NCBI GenBank assembly: GCA_963818475.1 | Contig: CAWFSF010000006.1 | Coordinates: 1,152,001-1,216,000 of the forward strand | Reading direction: 5' to 3' | Source of the DNA: Nitrospirota bacterium | GTDB taxonomy: Bacteria > Nitrospirota > UBA9217 | DNA length: 64,000 nt | Shown: positions 50,776-62,294 of the stretch, in pieces | How the letters are laid out: every line of letters starts with the position of its first letter | How positions within the stretch are numbered: the first letter of the stretch is position 1 | The notes under the pieces: model-generated | Databases searched by the model: none | What the model saw: the letters and a program-made list of their open reading frames with translations, nothing else | Told to the model about the DNA's origin: nothing | Made by a program: the position numbers and the translations under genes

Positions 50776-51333
50776 TTACTTCTTTGCGTCTTCCCGCTTA
50801 TCCATGTCAACAATGACCTTGTCGGTAATGTCCAGATTTTCATCGGAATAGAGGACCACCGGCGTGGGCGGAACACCGGCCTGAGGCGCAACATCGATGA
50901 TCTTGTTGACCACCATCTCGATCTTGTCCTTTTTGGCTAGGTCTTTCACGGCGGCCATCAGGTCCTGGTTAAAACTTTTGAACAACTCTTCCTGCTTTTT
51001 GCCGATCTCGTTGCTGAACTCGTTCTGCTTCTTCTTAAAGTCATTGTACTTTTTGTTGATGGATTCCTCGATCTCCTGCTGTGCCTTGTCGTTCAGGGTC
51101 TTTCCCTGCTTCTGCTTCATGAAGTTCTCCTGCAGTTTCTGCAGCTCATCCATGTCCAGGTCAAGGATCTTCTTGCGGCTTTCATAGTATTCCTTGATGA
51201 TACCCTGGTATTTTTTGCCAAGCTTCGTTTTGTCGAAAACGGTTTGAGTATCGACAACGGCAACCTTGGCGGCTGCAATGGCGCTGGTGGCCATCAGGCC
51301 GAGCATGAGAACCATAGCTACTATTTTCTTCAT
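50776..51333 (-). CDS. skp: Periplasmic chaperone Skp/OmpH
   Basis: Signal peptide, KVAVVD, coiled coil, DITDKVI; lies between bamA and lpxD. Confidence 0.88.
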   Translation of the reverse strand: MKKIVAMVLMLGLMATSAIAAAKVAVVDTQTVFDKTKLGKKYQGIIKEYYESRKKILDLDMDELQKLQENFMKQKQGKTLNDKAQQEIEESINKKYNDFKKKQNEFSNEIGKKQEELFKSFNQDLMAAVKDLAKKDKIEMVVNKIIDVAPQAGVPPTPVVLYSDENLDITDKVIVDMDKREDAKK

Positions 51334-51397
51334 TGTACTGCCTCCCTTAGATCAAAGTATAAAATCTGCAGCATCCTGCAGTGCCGCGCTCACGATA

Positions 51398-53755
51398 TCA
51401 AAACTGCGAGCCGATGGAGAATTCAAACTGGCTCGCCTGGTCTGCCGGCTTATCGTTTATGATATAGCCCCACTCGAACCGCAACGGTCCTATGGGAGAA
51501 AGCCAGTAGAATCCATAACCCGCCGAATGTCGAAGATCCCGATACCTGATCGGCTCGTGATTGTCGAAGGCCTTCCCGATATCATAGAACAATAAGCCCT
51601 TGAGCCGCGCCGCCGGAACAAGGGGGAAGCTGTATTCCAGGTTGAAGATAAGCTCCTTGTTGCCGCCGATGCGGTCATTGGTTATGGGATCGAGGGGGCC
51701 TAACGTACCATATCGGAAGCCGCGGACGGTGCCCGTTCCTCCCACATAGAACCGTTCACCAAGCGGCAATGGCTTGTCATTGAGCGAAGCTGCCCATCCC
51801 AGCCTGCCCCGGGTCATGAAGACCGTGTCCCAGAAGAGCGGGAAATACCAGGCGACATCGCCCACGGATTTGATAAAGTGGGTATCCCCGTCCAGCGGTC
51901 CGCCGGCGTACTGAACAAAAATGGAATGGCGCGATCCTGTTTTTGGGTCAAGATAGAAATCCCGGGAGTCCCAGGAGAGGCCTGCCGTGACTGCGCTGGT
52001 TGCAATGGTCGGACCATAGATTGCCATTTGCCGCAAAAGCTGTGTCGGAAGCGTGGTCGTGGTGGTTTTAGTAACGATGGAATTGTCATATCCGTATTTG
52101 ACGGAGCCGGAAAAATACTCATTAAAACTTTTTCCCACACCCAGGCCGATGCCTTTTGTATCGAGCGTATACCCGTCGTATTCCTGATCCTGTTTATAGA
52201 GGTCCACCTTGCCCCAGACCGGCTCGTCAAAGAGGTAGGGTTCCGAAAAGCTCAACATGAACAGTTTGTGCGTGCTGCCCCACTGGGTCTTGAACTTGAG
52301 CAACTGGCCCCGCCCTCCCAGGTTGCCCTGGGTGATCTCTGCAATGCCGACCAGTTTGTCCACGGAGCTGTATCCCCCGCCGATGCTCATGGTCCCGGTC
52401 ATTTTCTCTTTCACCTTGACGTTCAGATCCATCAGCTCTTCGCCGCGCTGCCGGCGTTCCGGAACGATGTCAACAGTTTCAAAAAAACCGAGATTGTTGA
52501 TCCGCTCATAGCTTCGCTTGAGCGCTTTTTTGCTGTACAGGTCACCTTCATCGAGGCGCATCTCCCGACGAACTACCTTATCGCGGGTCTTTATATTTCC
52601 CGTGATGTCGATCCTGCCGATGCGTACTTCGCCGCCCTCCTGGATCTCTATGCTGATATCGACCGATCTGGTGTCGGGATTGATGTTAAACTGCGGGACA
52701 ACGCTGGCAAAGGGCCGGGCAATGCCGTCATAGCGGTCCATGATCCTGCCGACATCCTGCCGGAGACCGTCCCTGCTGAAGACATCGCCATGTTTCAGTT
52801 TTACTTCTTTTTCGAGTTCACTGTCGCTGAGCGTGGTATTGCCTTTGAAGGTTGTGGCTCCGATATGGAACTGCTCCCCTTCCCTGATATTGATGCTGAC
52901 GACCAGTTCGTCCTTCCTGGTAACGGTCCTGGTTTGAGATGAGAACCAGCCGATACGTTCCGTATAGGTCTTTGGCTCGATGACTGGTTCGTCCACCTGC
53001 ATCTGAATGTAGCCTTTATTGAAATACAGGTTTCTGATCGTTTCCATATCTTCGCTCAGCTCATCCATGCGCAAGGTGCCGCTTCGGCCAAGAAAGGAAA
53101 AAAACCAGTGCTCCTGGGTCTTCAACACATCCTTGATCTCATCGGACGAAATAGCCTTATTGCCCGAGATAAGGATCTCCTGAAGCGAAACTTTATTTCC
53201 TTCTTCAATATAAAAAACAACATTATGATCGCCGTTGCGGAGTTGGGTGACGACCGGCACGACCACAGCTTCGTAATAGCCTGAATCCTGGTATTTCAAT
53301 CGGATCTTTTCGGCGTTCTCCTGCAGAAGCTGCGCATTGAAAGCAGTCCTCGGCAACAGGGTCACCGCTTCCTTGATTTTGTCCGTGGTCAGCTCTTCAT
53401 TGCCTTCATAGCTAATGTCACGGATTAGCGGTTTTTCCCTGACCTGGAAAATGATCTTCAGTCCGTTCTCAAAACCCTCGGTTTTGACCTGCACATCCTC
53501 AAAATGACCAAGCTGATACAGGACCTTGATATCTTCCCTGACCTGGGCCGGAGAAAAGAGATCGCCTTCCTTTGTTTTTATCTTGGCGAGGACCGTAGCC
53601 GTCTCTATGCGCCGATTGCCCTGGACCTCAATGAGGGTGACCCTGGCAGGCTCCGCGGCATATGCCGGAACTGATATAAGCGCGAAAATAAGTAGGCCGG
53701 CTACCGTGGCCGCAAGCTGTTTAAGCACGTGTTCGAGACCCCCCATTGTTGCCAA
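51398..53755 (-). CDS. bamA: Outer membrane protein assembly factor BamA (start uncertain)
   Basis: POTRA repeats, KTRDKVVRRE, NLGGRGQ, VRGF, SPIGPL, terminal F. Confidence 0.96.
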   Translation of the reverse strand: MATMGGLEHVLKQLAATVAGLLIFALISVPAYAAEPARVTLIEVQGNRRIETATVLAKIKTKEGDLFSPAQVREDIKVLYQLGHFEDVQVKTEGFENGLKIIFQVREKPLIRDISYEGNEELTTDKIKEAVTLLPRTAFNAQLLQENAEKIRLKYQDSGYYEAVVVPVVTQLRNGDHNVVFYIEEGNKVSLQEILISGNKAISSDEIKDVLKTQEHWFFSFLGRSGTLRMDELSEDMETIRNLYFNKGYIQMQVDEPVIEPKTYTERIGWFSSQTRTVTRKDELVVSINIREGEQFHIGATTFKGNTTLSDSELEKEVKLKHGDVFSRDGLRQDVGRIMDRYDGIARPFASVVPQFNINPDTRSVDISIEIQEGGEVRIGRIDITGNIKTRDKVVRREMRLDEGDLYSKKALKRSYERINNLGFFETVDIVPERRQRGEELMDLNVKVKEKMTGTMSIGGGYSSVDKLVGIAEITQGNLGGRGQLLKFKTQWGSTHKLFMLSFSEPYLFDEPVWGKVDLYKQDQEYDGYTLDTKGIGLGVGKSFNEYFSGSVKYGYDNSIVTKTTTTTLPTQLLRQMAIYGPTIATSAVTAGLSWDSRDFYLDPKTGSRHSIFVQYAGGPLDGDTHFIKSVGDVAWYFPLFWDTVFMTRGRLGWAASLNDKPLPLGERFYVGGTGTVRGFRYGTLGPLDPITNDRIGGNKELIFNLEYSFPLVPAARLKGLLFYDIGKAFDNHEPIRYRDLRHSAGYGFYWLSPIGPLRFEWGYIINDKPADQASQFEFSIGSQF

Positions 53756-53767
53756 TAATAACAGGCT

Positions 53768-53796
53768 ACTATAGCATTAAGGCCTTACGGTGTAAA
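53768..53796 (-). promoter_or_regulatory. bamA operon promoter (TTTACA-N17-TATAGT, TG-extended)
   Basis: Consensus-like hexamers in the hemW-bamA gap. Confidence 0.6.
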
Positions 53797-53803
53797 CAAA
53801 TAT

Positions 53804-54934
53804 TTAACGAGAAAGCCTTCCCATGACCTCATTTGAGAGCACCATTCCGCGGTCGGTCAGGAACAAACGGCCGGCTTCGTTTTGAAGCAAACCATTGTCT
53901 ATCATCGGCGCCGCCTGCGCCAGCAGGCGGTCCCGCACCAGAGGTCCAAACTCGCCGGCAATACGCTCAAGTTCGATGCCGTTCCTGATCCTCAATCGCA
54001 GCATCACGGTTTCAAGCAGAGCTTCGTCGGGGCCGACTGTTTCATCCTCTGCAGTGACTGAAAAACCGGCATGCAGCCCTGTGCAGTAGGACTTCAGGTC
54101 GGGAACAGAACGGGACCGTCGCGGAGCGATAAATGACCATGCCCCGGGACCGAGTCCCAGATATTCACCCCGGCGCCAATAATTCAGGTTGTGACGGCAC
54201 TCAAATCCCGCTTGTGCAAAATTCGATATCTCATAGTGAAAAAAGCCGGCAGCAGTCAGTCGTTCAACGCTTGCATCGTAAAGTTCCGCGACAGCATCGT
54301 CATCCGGCAGACGAAACGTTCCGGAAGCGGCTTTCTGATGGTAGTTCGATCCTTCGTCCAGCGAAAGATTGTAGGCGGAAACATGGTTGGGACGGAGCGC
54401 CAGGGCACGATCCAGTGTTTGGTTCCAGTCATCAAGGGTCTGGCCGGGAATTCCGTAGATCAGGTCGATCCCGATGTTCTCGAATCCGCAGCGCCGGGCG
54501 CTTTGAAAAGCATCCCAGGCCTGCGCTGCATGGTGAGGTCTGCCGAGCGTTGCGAGCAGCCGGTCCGAGAACGATTGTACACCGATGCTCAAACGGTTCA
54601 CGCCGGACCGCAGTAAAGCCAGAAACAGAGGTTCCGATCCGGACTGGGGATTTGCCTCCACCGTTACCTCTGCATGCGGCGATATTTTGAAGTGCGACCG
54701 GATGATACTGATCACGGTCGTCAGTTGATGGGACGAGAGGACCGTCGGTGTGCCGCCGCCGAGATAGAGGGATCCGAATTCCCGGTCGGAAAAGGTACCG
54801 GCCATGCCGGCGGCTTCGAGACGCAAGGCATCAATAAAGCGATCAGCATTCTGTGCAGTATAGGGTGTTGAATAAAAACCACAGTAAAGACATTTTTTAA
54901 CACAGAACGGTATATGGATATAGAGCGCTAACAT
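53804..54934 (-). CDS. hemW: Radical SAM heme chaperone HemW
   Basis: LYIHIPFCVKKCLYCGF, GGGTP, YEISNFA, HNLNYW. Confidence 0.92.
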   Translation of the reverse strand: MLALYIHIPFCVKKCLYCGFYSTPYTAQNADRFIDALRLEAAGMAGTFSDREFGSLYLGGGTPTVLSSHQLTTVISIIRSHFKISPHAEVTVEANPQSGSEPLFLALLRSGVNRLSIGVQSFSDRLLATLGRPHHAAQAWDAFQSARRCGFENIGIDLIYGIPGQTLDDWNQTLDRALALRPNHVSAYNLSLDEGSNYHQKAASGTFRLPDDDAVAELYDASVERLTAAGFFHYEISNFAQAGFECRHNLNYWRRGEYLGLGPGAWSFIAPRRSRSVPDLKSYCTGLHAGFSVTAEDETVGPDEALLETVMLRLRIRNGIELERIAGEFGPLVRDRLLAQAAPMIDNGLLQNEAGRLFLTDRGMVLSNEVMGRLSR

Positions 54935-55011
54935 ATTGATTTATCGGCTTTCAGCAGAAGGATAGTATCCCGGCGCATTCGTTTCGCGGTATATATGCAA
55001 CCACTATGCCA

Positions 55012-55482
55012 CTACTTCGGGGAAGTTCCGGCGGGGAGGATCGTTGCAAGGGCAATTTCATCGCAGTTCGGAAACTTGACGCAATTCAGGCAGTCGGTCC
55101 ATATTTTATGAGGCAGTTCTTTTTTATCAACCACGGCAAAGCCGAGCTTTTTAAAGAATCCATCCTGATAGGTCAAAACAAAAACGCGTGCGATCTCGAG
55201 ATGAACCGCCTCTTCCAGGCAACGGCGCACCAGTTTTGAACCAATACCGCTCCCTGCGCGGTCATTCCGTACCGCAAGCGAGCGTATTTCTGCAAGGCCT
55301 TCCCAACTTACGTGCAGCGCACACACACCTAACAGAGCCCCGTTCTCTTCATAGATATGGAAATCCCTCAGATGCTCGTACAATTCATTAAGTGTGCGCG
55401 GCAGCATCTGGCCGGAATCGGCATACTGATTCACCAGCGCCTGAATCGCTTTTACATCTGTCAACCTTGCCTTGCGGATCAT
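55012..55482 (-). CDS. GNAT N-acetyltransferase, short N-acetylglutamate synthase-like
   Basis: MLPR...LYEHLRDF, LAEIRSLAV, VFVLTY..FFKKLGF, LPHKIWTDCLNC.KFPNCDE. Confidence 0.85.
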   Translation of the reverse strand: MIRKARLTDVKAIQALVNQYADSGQMLPRTLNELYEHLRDFHIYEENGALLGVCALHVSWEGLAEIRSLAVRNDRAGSGIGSKLVRRCLEEAVHLEIARVFVLTYQDGFFKKLGFAVVDKKELPHKIWTDCLNCVKFPNCDEIALATILPAGTSPK

Positions 55483-55489
55483 AGAACAA

Positions 55490-55518
55490 AAACTACCCTT
55501 TTGAATTGACGATGTCAA
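55490..55518 (-). promoter_or_regulatory. Promoter TTGACA-N17-TAGTTT ending 7 nt before the GNAT ATG (leaderless candidate)
   Basis: Read directly from sequence; no Shine-Dalgarno between -10 and ATG. Confidence 0.6.
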
Positions 55519-55654
55519 CTAAAAAGAATATCACAGGCAGCGATAAGATCCGGCCGGTATGCGGTAATGAACGCATGACCGGCAATGCCGGAACCAACAC
55601 ACGGCATACTGTTGTCAAGCGCGGAATGGCGGCTTCTTGCACCGAAAAGCACTC

Positions 55655-55684
55655 TTGACTTTAATAATGCGATTGGAGTATATT
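55655..55684 (+). promoter_or_regulatory. clpC promoter (TTGACT-N18-TATATT)
   Basis: Consensus-like hexamers about 45 bp upstream of start. Confidence 0.55.
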
Positions 55685-55728
55685 TTAAACAGGTAAGCGA
55701 AACTTAAGACAGCAGAAGGCGGTTACCA

Positions 55729-58170
55729 ATGATGTTCGAAAAATTTACTGAACGAGGAAGAAAAGTCATTGTCTATGCCCGCGAGGAGGCCGAGCGGCTT
55801 CAGAACGACTACCTCGGTACGGAGCATATCCTGCTCGGAGCATTGCGCGATGAGGACGGTATCCCCGTAGCAGTGTTGCGCAAGATGGGCATTGATGTCG
55901 ACCAGATTCGCATGGAAGTTGAGCGAAATCTGCCGTCGAGCGGAAATACCTTGACCTTCGGAGATATACCCTTCACTCCCCGCGCAAAGAAAGTGCTCGA
56001 ATATGCAGTGGAAGAAGCCCGGTTGCTTGGTCATAACTACATTGGAAGTGAACACCTCCTGCTCGGCCTGATCCGTGAGGAGGAAGGAATCGGCGGCAAG
56101 ATCCTGCGCAGCTTCGGGGTCAATCTGCTCGGTTCCCGCCAGCTGGTCATCAACTATCTGCGCCGTGCTGCAACCCAGGTGAGCGCAAAGAAGAGCCAGA
56201 CGCCGGCACTCGATGAATTCAGCAGAGACCTCACCCTGCTCGCAAAAAGTGGAAAACTGGATCCGGTCATCGGACGCGATCAGGAGATCGACCGTGTTTT
56301 GCAGATACTGTCTCGGCGGACCAAGAACAATCCGGTCATCATCGGAGAACCGGGCATCGGGAAAACAGCTATTGTCGAAGGCCTTGCCCAACGGATCGTG
56401 AACACCGAAGTGCCGGAAAATGTTTTAAACAAACGGGTCGTATCGCTCGACCTCGGCGCCCTCATTGCAGGCACCAAGTATCGCGGCCAGTTCGAAGAGC
56501 GCCTCAAGATCGTTATGAAAGAGATCGTACAGGCGGAGAACGTCATCTTGTTCATCGATGAGCTGCATACCCTGGTTGGCGCAGGTGCGGCCGAAGGATC
56601 CATCGATGCGTCAAGCATGTTGAAACCAGCCCTGGCACGGGGAGAAGTTCAATGTATCGGCGCAACGACGCTCGATGAGTTCAGGAAGCATATAGAAAAG
56701 GACGGCGCTCTCAAACGCCGCTTCCAGCCCATCTATGTGCAGCCGCCGAGCCTGGACGAGACAATCAACATCATCAAGGGACTCCGATCGAAATACGAGG
56801 CGCACCACAAGGTCAAGATCACGGATGAGGCCGTTGTTGCTGCGGCCAAGCTTTCTGAACGCTACATAACGGATCGATTTCTGCCGGACAAGGCCATCGA
56901 CGTGATCGATGAGGCTGGTGCCAAAGCAAAGCTGAACCGCTATACCTGCCCAGCGGAGATAAAGAGCATTGAGAAGAAGTTAAAAAAACTCGAACAGGAG
57001 AAGAGCCTGTTCTCCCGCATCAAGGATTATGTCAGGGTCGAATCGATCCATGAAGAGGAAGAGCAGCTTCGCGATTCTCTTGACGGCATTCATAAAGATT
57101 GGAAGGATTCTCAGGATAAGAACGTTTCTCTGATCGGAGAAGAGGAAATTGCAGTCGTCATTTCCCACATCACCGGCATTCCCCTGTCCCGGCTCGAGGA
57201 GAAGGAAGCATCCCGTCTGCTCCGCATGGAAGATGAACTGCATAAGCGGATCGTCGGTCAGAATGAAGCTATCGAGGCGGTATCACGCGCCATTCGGCGC
57301 TCTCGCGTGGGCCTCAAGACGCGCAGGCAGCCGATCGGATCGTTCATATTCCTCGGCCCCACGGGGGTCGGCAAAACAGAGCTTGCGCGCACGCTGGCCA
57401 CCTTTCTGTTCGACACTGAAGATGCGCTTATTCGTGTGGATATGTCCGAGTACATGGAGAAGTTCAGTTCGTCCAGGCTGGTCGGGTCCCCTCCCGGATA
57501 TGTGGGGTATGATGACGGCGGGCAGTTGACGGAAAAGATCCGCCGGAGGCCCTACTCGGTCGTGCTCTTCGACGAGATCGAAAAGGCACATCCCGACATA
57601 TTCAACATGCTCCTGCAGGTCCTTGACGATGGGTTCATGACCGACAGTTTCGGCAGAAAAGTTGACTTCCGGAATACCATCATCATCATGACTTCCAATC
57701 TCGGAACGCGTATGATCGACAAGGATACGACCCTCGGCTTCCAGCAGGCATCAGCGAAAACGCAATATGCCAAGATGAAGGACAATGTTATTTCTGAGCT
57801 TAAACGGTCCTTTAACCCGGAATTCCTGAATCGGATCGATGACGTGGTCGTATTCCATACGCTCACCAATGAACACCTGATCACGATCGTGGACCTGCTG
57901 ATCGACGAATTGAACAGTCATATGATCGGGGACCGCAGCATACAGCTTGATGTCGGGCGCGACGTGAAAGAATGGATTATCCAGGAGAACTATCAGCCTA
58001 CCTATGGCGCCAGGCCCATGCGCCGTGCCATACAGAAGTTCATTGCCGATCCGCTCTCAGAGGAAATCCTTCGCGGCAGGTTCAAAGATATCCACGGAAT
58101 ACTCGTGACGCTGAAGGACGGGATTGTCGTTTTTCAGGAAGAAGAGGCTGGCTTGTTGGCAAAGGTATGA
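55729..58170 (+). CDS. clpC: ATP-dependent Clp protease ATPase subunit ClpC
   Basis: [12 protein letters not shown] double Clp-N domain, GEPGIGKT, short middle domain, [11 protein letters not shown] ClpP-docking loop, YGARPMRR. Confidence 0.93.
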   Translation: MMFEKFTERGRKVIVYAREEAERLQNDYLGTEHILLGALRDEDGIPVAVLRKMGIDVDQIRMEVERNLPSSGNTLTFGDIPFTPRAKKVLEYAVEEARLLGHNYIGSEHLLLGLIREEEGIGGKILRSFGVNLLGSRQLVINYLRRAATQVSAKKSQTPALDEFSRDLTLLAKSGKLDPVIGRDQEIDRVLQILSRRTKNNPVIIGEPGIGKTAIVEGLAQRIVNTEVPENVLNKRVVSLDLGALIAGTKYRGQFEERLKIVMKEIVQAENVILFIDELHTLVGAGAAEGSIDASSMLKPALARGEVQCIGATTLDEFRKHIEKDGALKRRFQPIYVQPPSLDETINIIKGLRSKYEAHHKVKITDEAVVAAAKLSERYITDRFLPDKAIDVIDEAGAKAKLNRYTCPAEIKSIEKKLKKLEQEKSLFSRIKDYVRVESIHEEEEQLRDSLDGIHKDWKDSQDKNVSLIGEEEIAVVISHITGIPLSRLEEKEASRLLRMEDELHKRIVGQNEAIEAVSRAIRRSRVGLKTRRQPIGSFIFLGPTGVGKTELARTLATFLFDTEDALIRVDMSEYMEKFSSSRLVGSPPGYVGYDDGGQLTEKIRRRPYSVVLFDEIEKAHPDIFNMLLQVLDDGFMTDSFGRKVDFRNTIIIMTSNLGTRMIDKDTTLGFQQASAKTQYAKMKDNVISELKRSFNPEFLNRIDDVVVFHTLTNEHLITIVDLLIDELNSHMIGDRSIQLDVGRDVKEWIIQENYQPTYGARPMRRAIQKFIADPLSEEILRGRFKDIHGILVTLKDGIVVFQEEEAGLLAKV

Positions 58171-58432
58171 GGATTCGGTAATCCGCCGTTACTATCATCG
58201 GTACGGCGTTCGTTCTTCCCTGTTGAACAGTTTTTTGTCAGAGTTGGAAGCGGTGCTTTTCGCTTGCGCGAGGAGAGAGGCCATACCGGCTTTACCTGCT
58301 TCGGTCACAATCCCGAGATAAATCGCGCGTCTTGCCTTTGCAAGAAGACTGTCAAACAATCCCCTCCGCAACGCATCGATTCACGTAAAAAACCCGCTCC
58401 GCCGTGATGCGCCATACGAACCTGCAAAAAAA

Positions 58433-59662
58433 CTATTGCAGTATTTCGGCCATTCGCTGTGCAGCGACAACGGCCTGTACTGGATAGGCCGCATCATCCC
58501 TGATAAGGTATATATTTTTCGCAGTTCCACGTTCAAGCCGAATAGGGGAGGACTCTTCCCGTTTAAGCATGGCGGCAGGTGTTGCGTACTGCGTGCCTTC
58601 GGGCATCTGCGCATGCACTGTATCGCTGAAGCGCTCCAAAAACGGAATGATATCCCTCACCAGATCGATCAGCACTCCCGGCTGGTCGCGATCAGGGGGC
58701 CGGTTCGGGAACCAGACGGTCAATGCCCGTTTTCCGCGTGGTGCCGAACGTTCATCTCCCTGGCTGCTTACGGCCAGGCTGAAAATATCCTCCGGCCTGG
58801 CATAATCAGGAAGGCAGATAACCTCATGTCGCATTCCAATAGGAACGCCCTCGTCCATGATACCGATAAACGTGAAGCTGTCCCTGAGGCGCTCCCGGGT
58901 GTTCAACAGGACAGTTGCGGACTCCACTGGTCCGCCCGTGGTCAAGAGTCCGACCCTGTTGCCCCTTTGCGGCACCATTTCAGGGAATGGTTCCGAGAAT
59001 CGCACGACACCGTCATGCTTCAAGATGACCTCAAGCAGAAGGTCGGCTGTTTTTTTAAATCCCTGAGGCTCATACAGCGGTGAGGTATTGATCATGGAGA
59101 CCAGCGTACTTATCGGCAGCTCATGAACGGATTGGCCAAAGAAATATCGGGACTGGATGTCAAAAAAACTCAGCAGTTCACGACTGAAGCGATACCGTCG
59201 CAGCAGCGCACTGCTTCGACGGCGTCGCGAAAAGAAAGAAGATAATCGATTTTTGGAAGAGCGTGCAGCGATCGTATCGACTGCATGGAAAAAATCCGAT
59301 ATCCTGTCGATCTCATGGGGAAATTCCCGTCTGAGCTCTTCTAAAGTCTCGCTCTTTTCCGGGTATACCGTGAGCCGTCGGTCCGGCAGGGCTACCTGAT
59401 AACTGGTGGAGCGTACTGTGTCGCCATGAGAGATCCCCAAATCAGCATAGAGCTTCTGCAGTACTCCGGAGCGCTCATTCCCAAACGACAGGGTCGGTCC
59501 TACAGGGAACTGGTAGCCCTCTGCTCTCGCAGGTATGAACGCTCCTCCGACCTCCTTACCCGGCGAGAAAACAACGACTTTCTTCCTCTGCCTGGCAAGA
59601 AGCGCTGCTGCTGCCAGCCCACCGAGACCAGCTCCGAGAACGGTCAAATCAACCTTCGGCAA
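58433..59662 (-). CDS. FAD/NAD(P)-binding oxidoreductase, phytoene-desaturase-like, divergent
   Basis: N-terminal VLGAGLGGLAAAALL...GG Rossmann motif; SAPRGK motif. Confidence 0.7.
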   Translation of the reverse strand: MPKVDLTVLGAGLGGLAAAALLARQRKKVVVFSPGKEVGGAFIPARAEGYQFPVGPTLSFGNERSGVLQKLYADLGISHGDTVRSTSYQVALPDRRLTVYPEKSETLEELRREFPHEIDRISDFFHAVDTIAARSSKNRLSSFFSRRRRSSALLRRYRFSRELLSFFDIQSRYFFGQSVHELPISTLVSMINTSPLYEPQGFKKTADLLLEVILKHDGVVRFSEPFPEMVPQRGNRVGLLTTGGPVESATVLLNTRERLRDSFTFIGIMDEGVPIGMRHEVICLPDYARPEDIFSLAVSSQGDERSAPRGKRALTVWFPNRPPDRDQPGVLIDLVRDIIPFLERFSDTVHAQMPEGTQYATPAAMLKREESSPIRLERGTAKNIYLIRDDAAYPVQAVVAAQRMAEILQ

Positions 59663-59732
59663 GCTCCCTCCCCTCGCAGGAGCCCGCTGCGCTCCTCTTC
59701 TCGAACATAACTTTTCACGTACCGGACCTGCG

Positions 59733-59779
59733 AAATAAAAAAGGAAATAGGGCTCTTTTCAAGCTTCCTATTTCCTTTT
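59733..59779 (-). terminator. Rho-independent terminator after pnp
   Basis: Stem AGGAAATAGG/CCTATTTCCT followed by a T tract on the minus strand. Confidence 0.7.
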
Positions 59780-59810
59780 ATTGACCTAATGCATCATCCT
59801 GCTATCGTAC

Positions 59811-61912
59811 TTACGTGGACTGTGACTTTTCCTTGTCACGAATTGCTTCCTTACGGGACAGGCGTATCTTGCCCTGCCGGTCGATCTCAAGCACCTTGAC
59901 AAGGATCTCGTCGCCTTCCTTGAGCTCGTCCGTCACTTTTTCGAGCCTTTGTCTCCGATATCTGGGAGATATGCAGCAGGCCGTCCGTGCCCGGGAAGAT
60001 CTCAACAAAAGCGCCAAAGTCCATGATCTTTCGAACTTTGCCCATATACAGTTTGCCGACTTCTGCTTCCTGGCAAATGCCTCTGATGATTTCCTTGGCT
60101 TTGTTGGCAGCAGCTTCATCAGACGATGCGATATTGATCGTACCGTTGTCCTCGATATCGATCTTGGCGCCCGTTTGTTCCACAATGCTGCGGATCACCT
60201 TGCCGCCGCTCCCGATAACGTCCTTGATCTTGTCGGGACTGATCTGCATGGAAATGATCCGCGGTGCAAATGGATTCAGGCTCTTTCTCGGTTCAGCCAG
60301 CGCCTCAAGCATTTTGCCGAGGATATGCAGTCTTCCCTCGCGAGCCTGGTTCAGCGCCGTCCGCATGGTGTCGATGGTAATGCCTTCGATCTTCATATCC
60401 ATCTGGAGGGCCGTAATACCCTTGCTCGTACCCGTGACCTTGAAATCCATATCTCCCAGATGGTCCTCAAGGCCAAGGATATCGGAAAGAATGATCACCT
60501 TGTCGCCTTCCTTGATGAGTCCCATGGCAATGCCGGCTACCGGCGCTTTGATTGGAACGCCGGCGTCCATGAGAGCCAGTGTTCCGCCGCAAACCGTTGC
60601 CATTGACGATGAGCCGTTGGATTCGAGAATATCCGACACCAGGCGGATCGTGTACGGAAATTCCTGTTTCGTAGGCAGCATAGGCTTAAGCGCCCGCTCT
60701 GCAAGGGCACCGTGCCCGACTTCTCTCCTGCCGGGTCCGCGAAGGGGTTTCGTCTCCCCGACGCTGAAAGGCGGGAAATTATAATGGAGCATGAAGGTCT
60801 TGTAGTACTCACCTTCCAGTGAATCTATCCGCTGCTCGTCCTCGGACGTCCCGAGGGTCGTCACGACCAGCGCCTGTGTTTCGCCGCGGGTAAAGAGCGC
60901 GGAACCGTGCGTTCTCGGCAGCATGCCAACGACCGAGCTGATAGGCCTGATCTCGGTGGGCTTGCGTCCGTCTGCGCGGGTATTCTTTTCCAGGATGATC
61001 TTGCGGACCGCGTCCTTTTCGATATCATGAAAGATCTTAGATATCTGGAGGCTGCGCGTCGGGTCATCGTTCTTGAGCTGCTGTTTGATATCGTCAAGCA
61101 CAGCATCGAGAGTTCTCTGGCGCTCCATTTTGTCCGGAATGATGATCGATGTGCGCATTCGCTCCATCGCCAGCGTGGCCACCTGGGCTGCCAGATCTTT
61201 ATCCACTTCGATCGTTTTGACGGTCCGTTTTGATCTTCCCGACCTTTGCAGCAAGATCGTTCTGGAGCGCTACAATTTTCTTGATCTCGCGATGGGCGGT
61301 CTCGAGGGCCTCCAGCATCTGATCTTCCGTCAGTTCCTTCGCGCCGCCTTCGACCATCATGATGGCATCGGCCGTGCCGGCGACCACGAGGTTAAGAGCG
61401 GACAGTTCGATGTCCTTGTGTCCCGGGTTGATGACGAACTTTCCCTCAATAAGGCCGATGCGGACAGCGCCGACCGGGCCGGCGAAGGGCACATCAGAAA
61501 TAACAAGTGCCGCCGACGACGCGATCATTGCCATAAGATCGGTTGAGCTTTCATCTCCCATGGAGAGGACCGACGCAATGACCTGTGTATCAAAGTAATA
61601 CCCGTCAGGGAACAACGGCCTGATGGGCCGGTCGATGAGGCGCGAGGTGAGGATCTCTTTCTCGCTCTGACGCCCTTCGCGCTTGAAGAACCCGCCGGGG
61701 ATCTTGCCCGCGGAGTATGCCTTTTCCTGGTAGTCAACGGTCAGCGGTAAAAAATCCACATTCTGACGCTCCACCTTGGAGGCAACAGCGGTTGAGAGCA
61801 CCACCGAATCACCGTATCGCGCGACAATTGAACCGTTTGCCTGCTTGGCCATCAGACCCGTTTCGAGTATGAGCTTTCTGCCGCCTATTTCAACTTCAAC
61901 TGTTGTTACCAT
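59811..61912 (-). CDS. pnp: Polyribonucleotide nucleotidyltransferase, two frameshifts
   Basis: [43 protein letters not shown] and S1 domains. Confidence 0.97.
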
Positions 61913-61942
61913 GAAACCTCGCTCTTCGTTAGATGCGTTCGA

Positions 61943-62206
61943 CTATTTCCGAATGCCTAACTGCTCGATGACCTGACGATACTTGTCCAGATCATTCTGT
62001 TTGAGATAATCCAAGTGACGACGACGCTGGCCGACCATCTTCAGGAGACCTCTCCGTGAATGATGATCATGCTTATGCGCCTGCAGATGCTCCGTCAGAT
62101 GCGTGATGCGTCCGCTCAGAAGCGCAATCTGCACTTCCGGTGAACCTGTATCCGATGGATGCCTGCGATACGTATTGATCAGACCTGTTTTCTGTTCCTT
62201 ATCCAT
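61943..62206 (-). CDS. rpsO: 30S ribosomal protein S15
   Basis: [32 protein letters not shown]. Confidence 0.98.
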   Translation of the reverse strand: MDKEQKTGLINTYRRHPSDTGSPEVQIALLSGRITHLTEHLQAHKHDHHSRRGLLKMVGQRRRHLDYLKQNDLDKYRQVIEQLGIRK

Positions 62207-62294
62207 TCAACCGTCCCTCCTTTCTCAAAGCATTCAGAAGCGAGACAAATTATCATATTTTCAGGATGTTGTAAAGTGTTTTATTTGTTTACTG

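Noticed and set aside
55723-56391. 222-aa ORF antisense to clpC
   Set aside because: Typical shadow ORF opposite a conserved Clp ATPase; no independent support.
58196-58372. Possible ~58-aa minus-strand ORF between clpC and the flavoprotein
   Set aside because: Weak TTG start, no recognisable motif or RBS.
59811-61912. Programmed frameshifting or pseudogenisation of pnp and other split genes
   Set aside because: No shared slippery motif; too many unrelated essential genes are affected, so sequencing error is more parsimonious.
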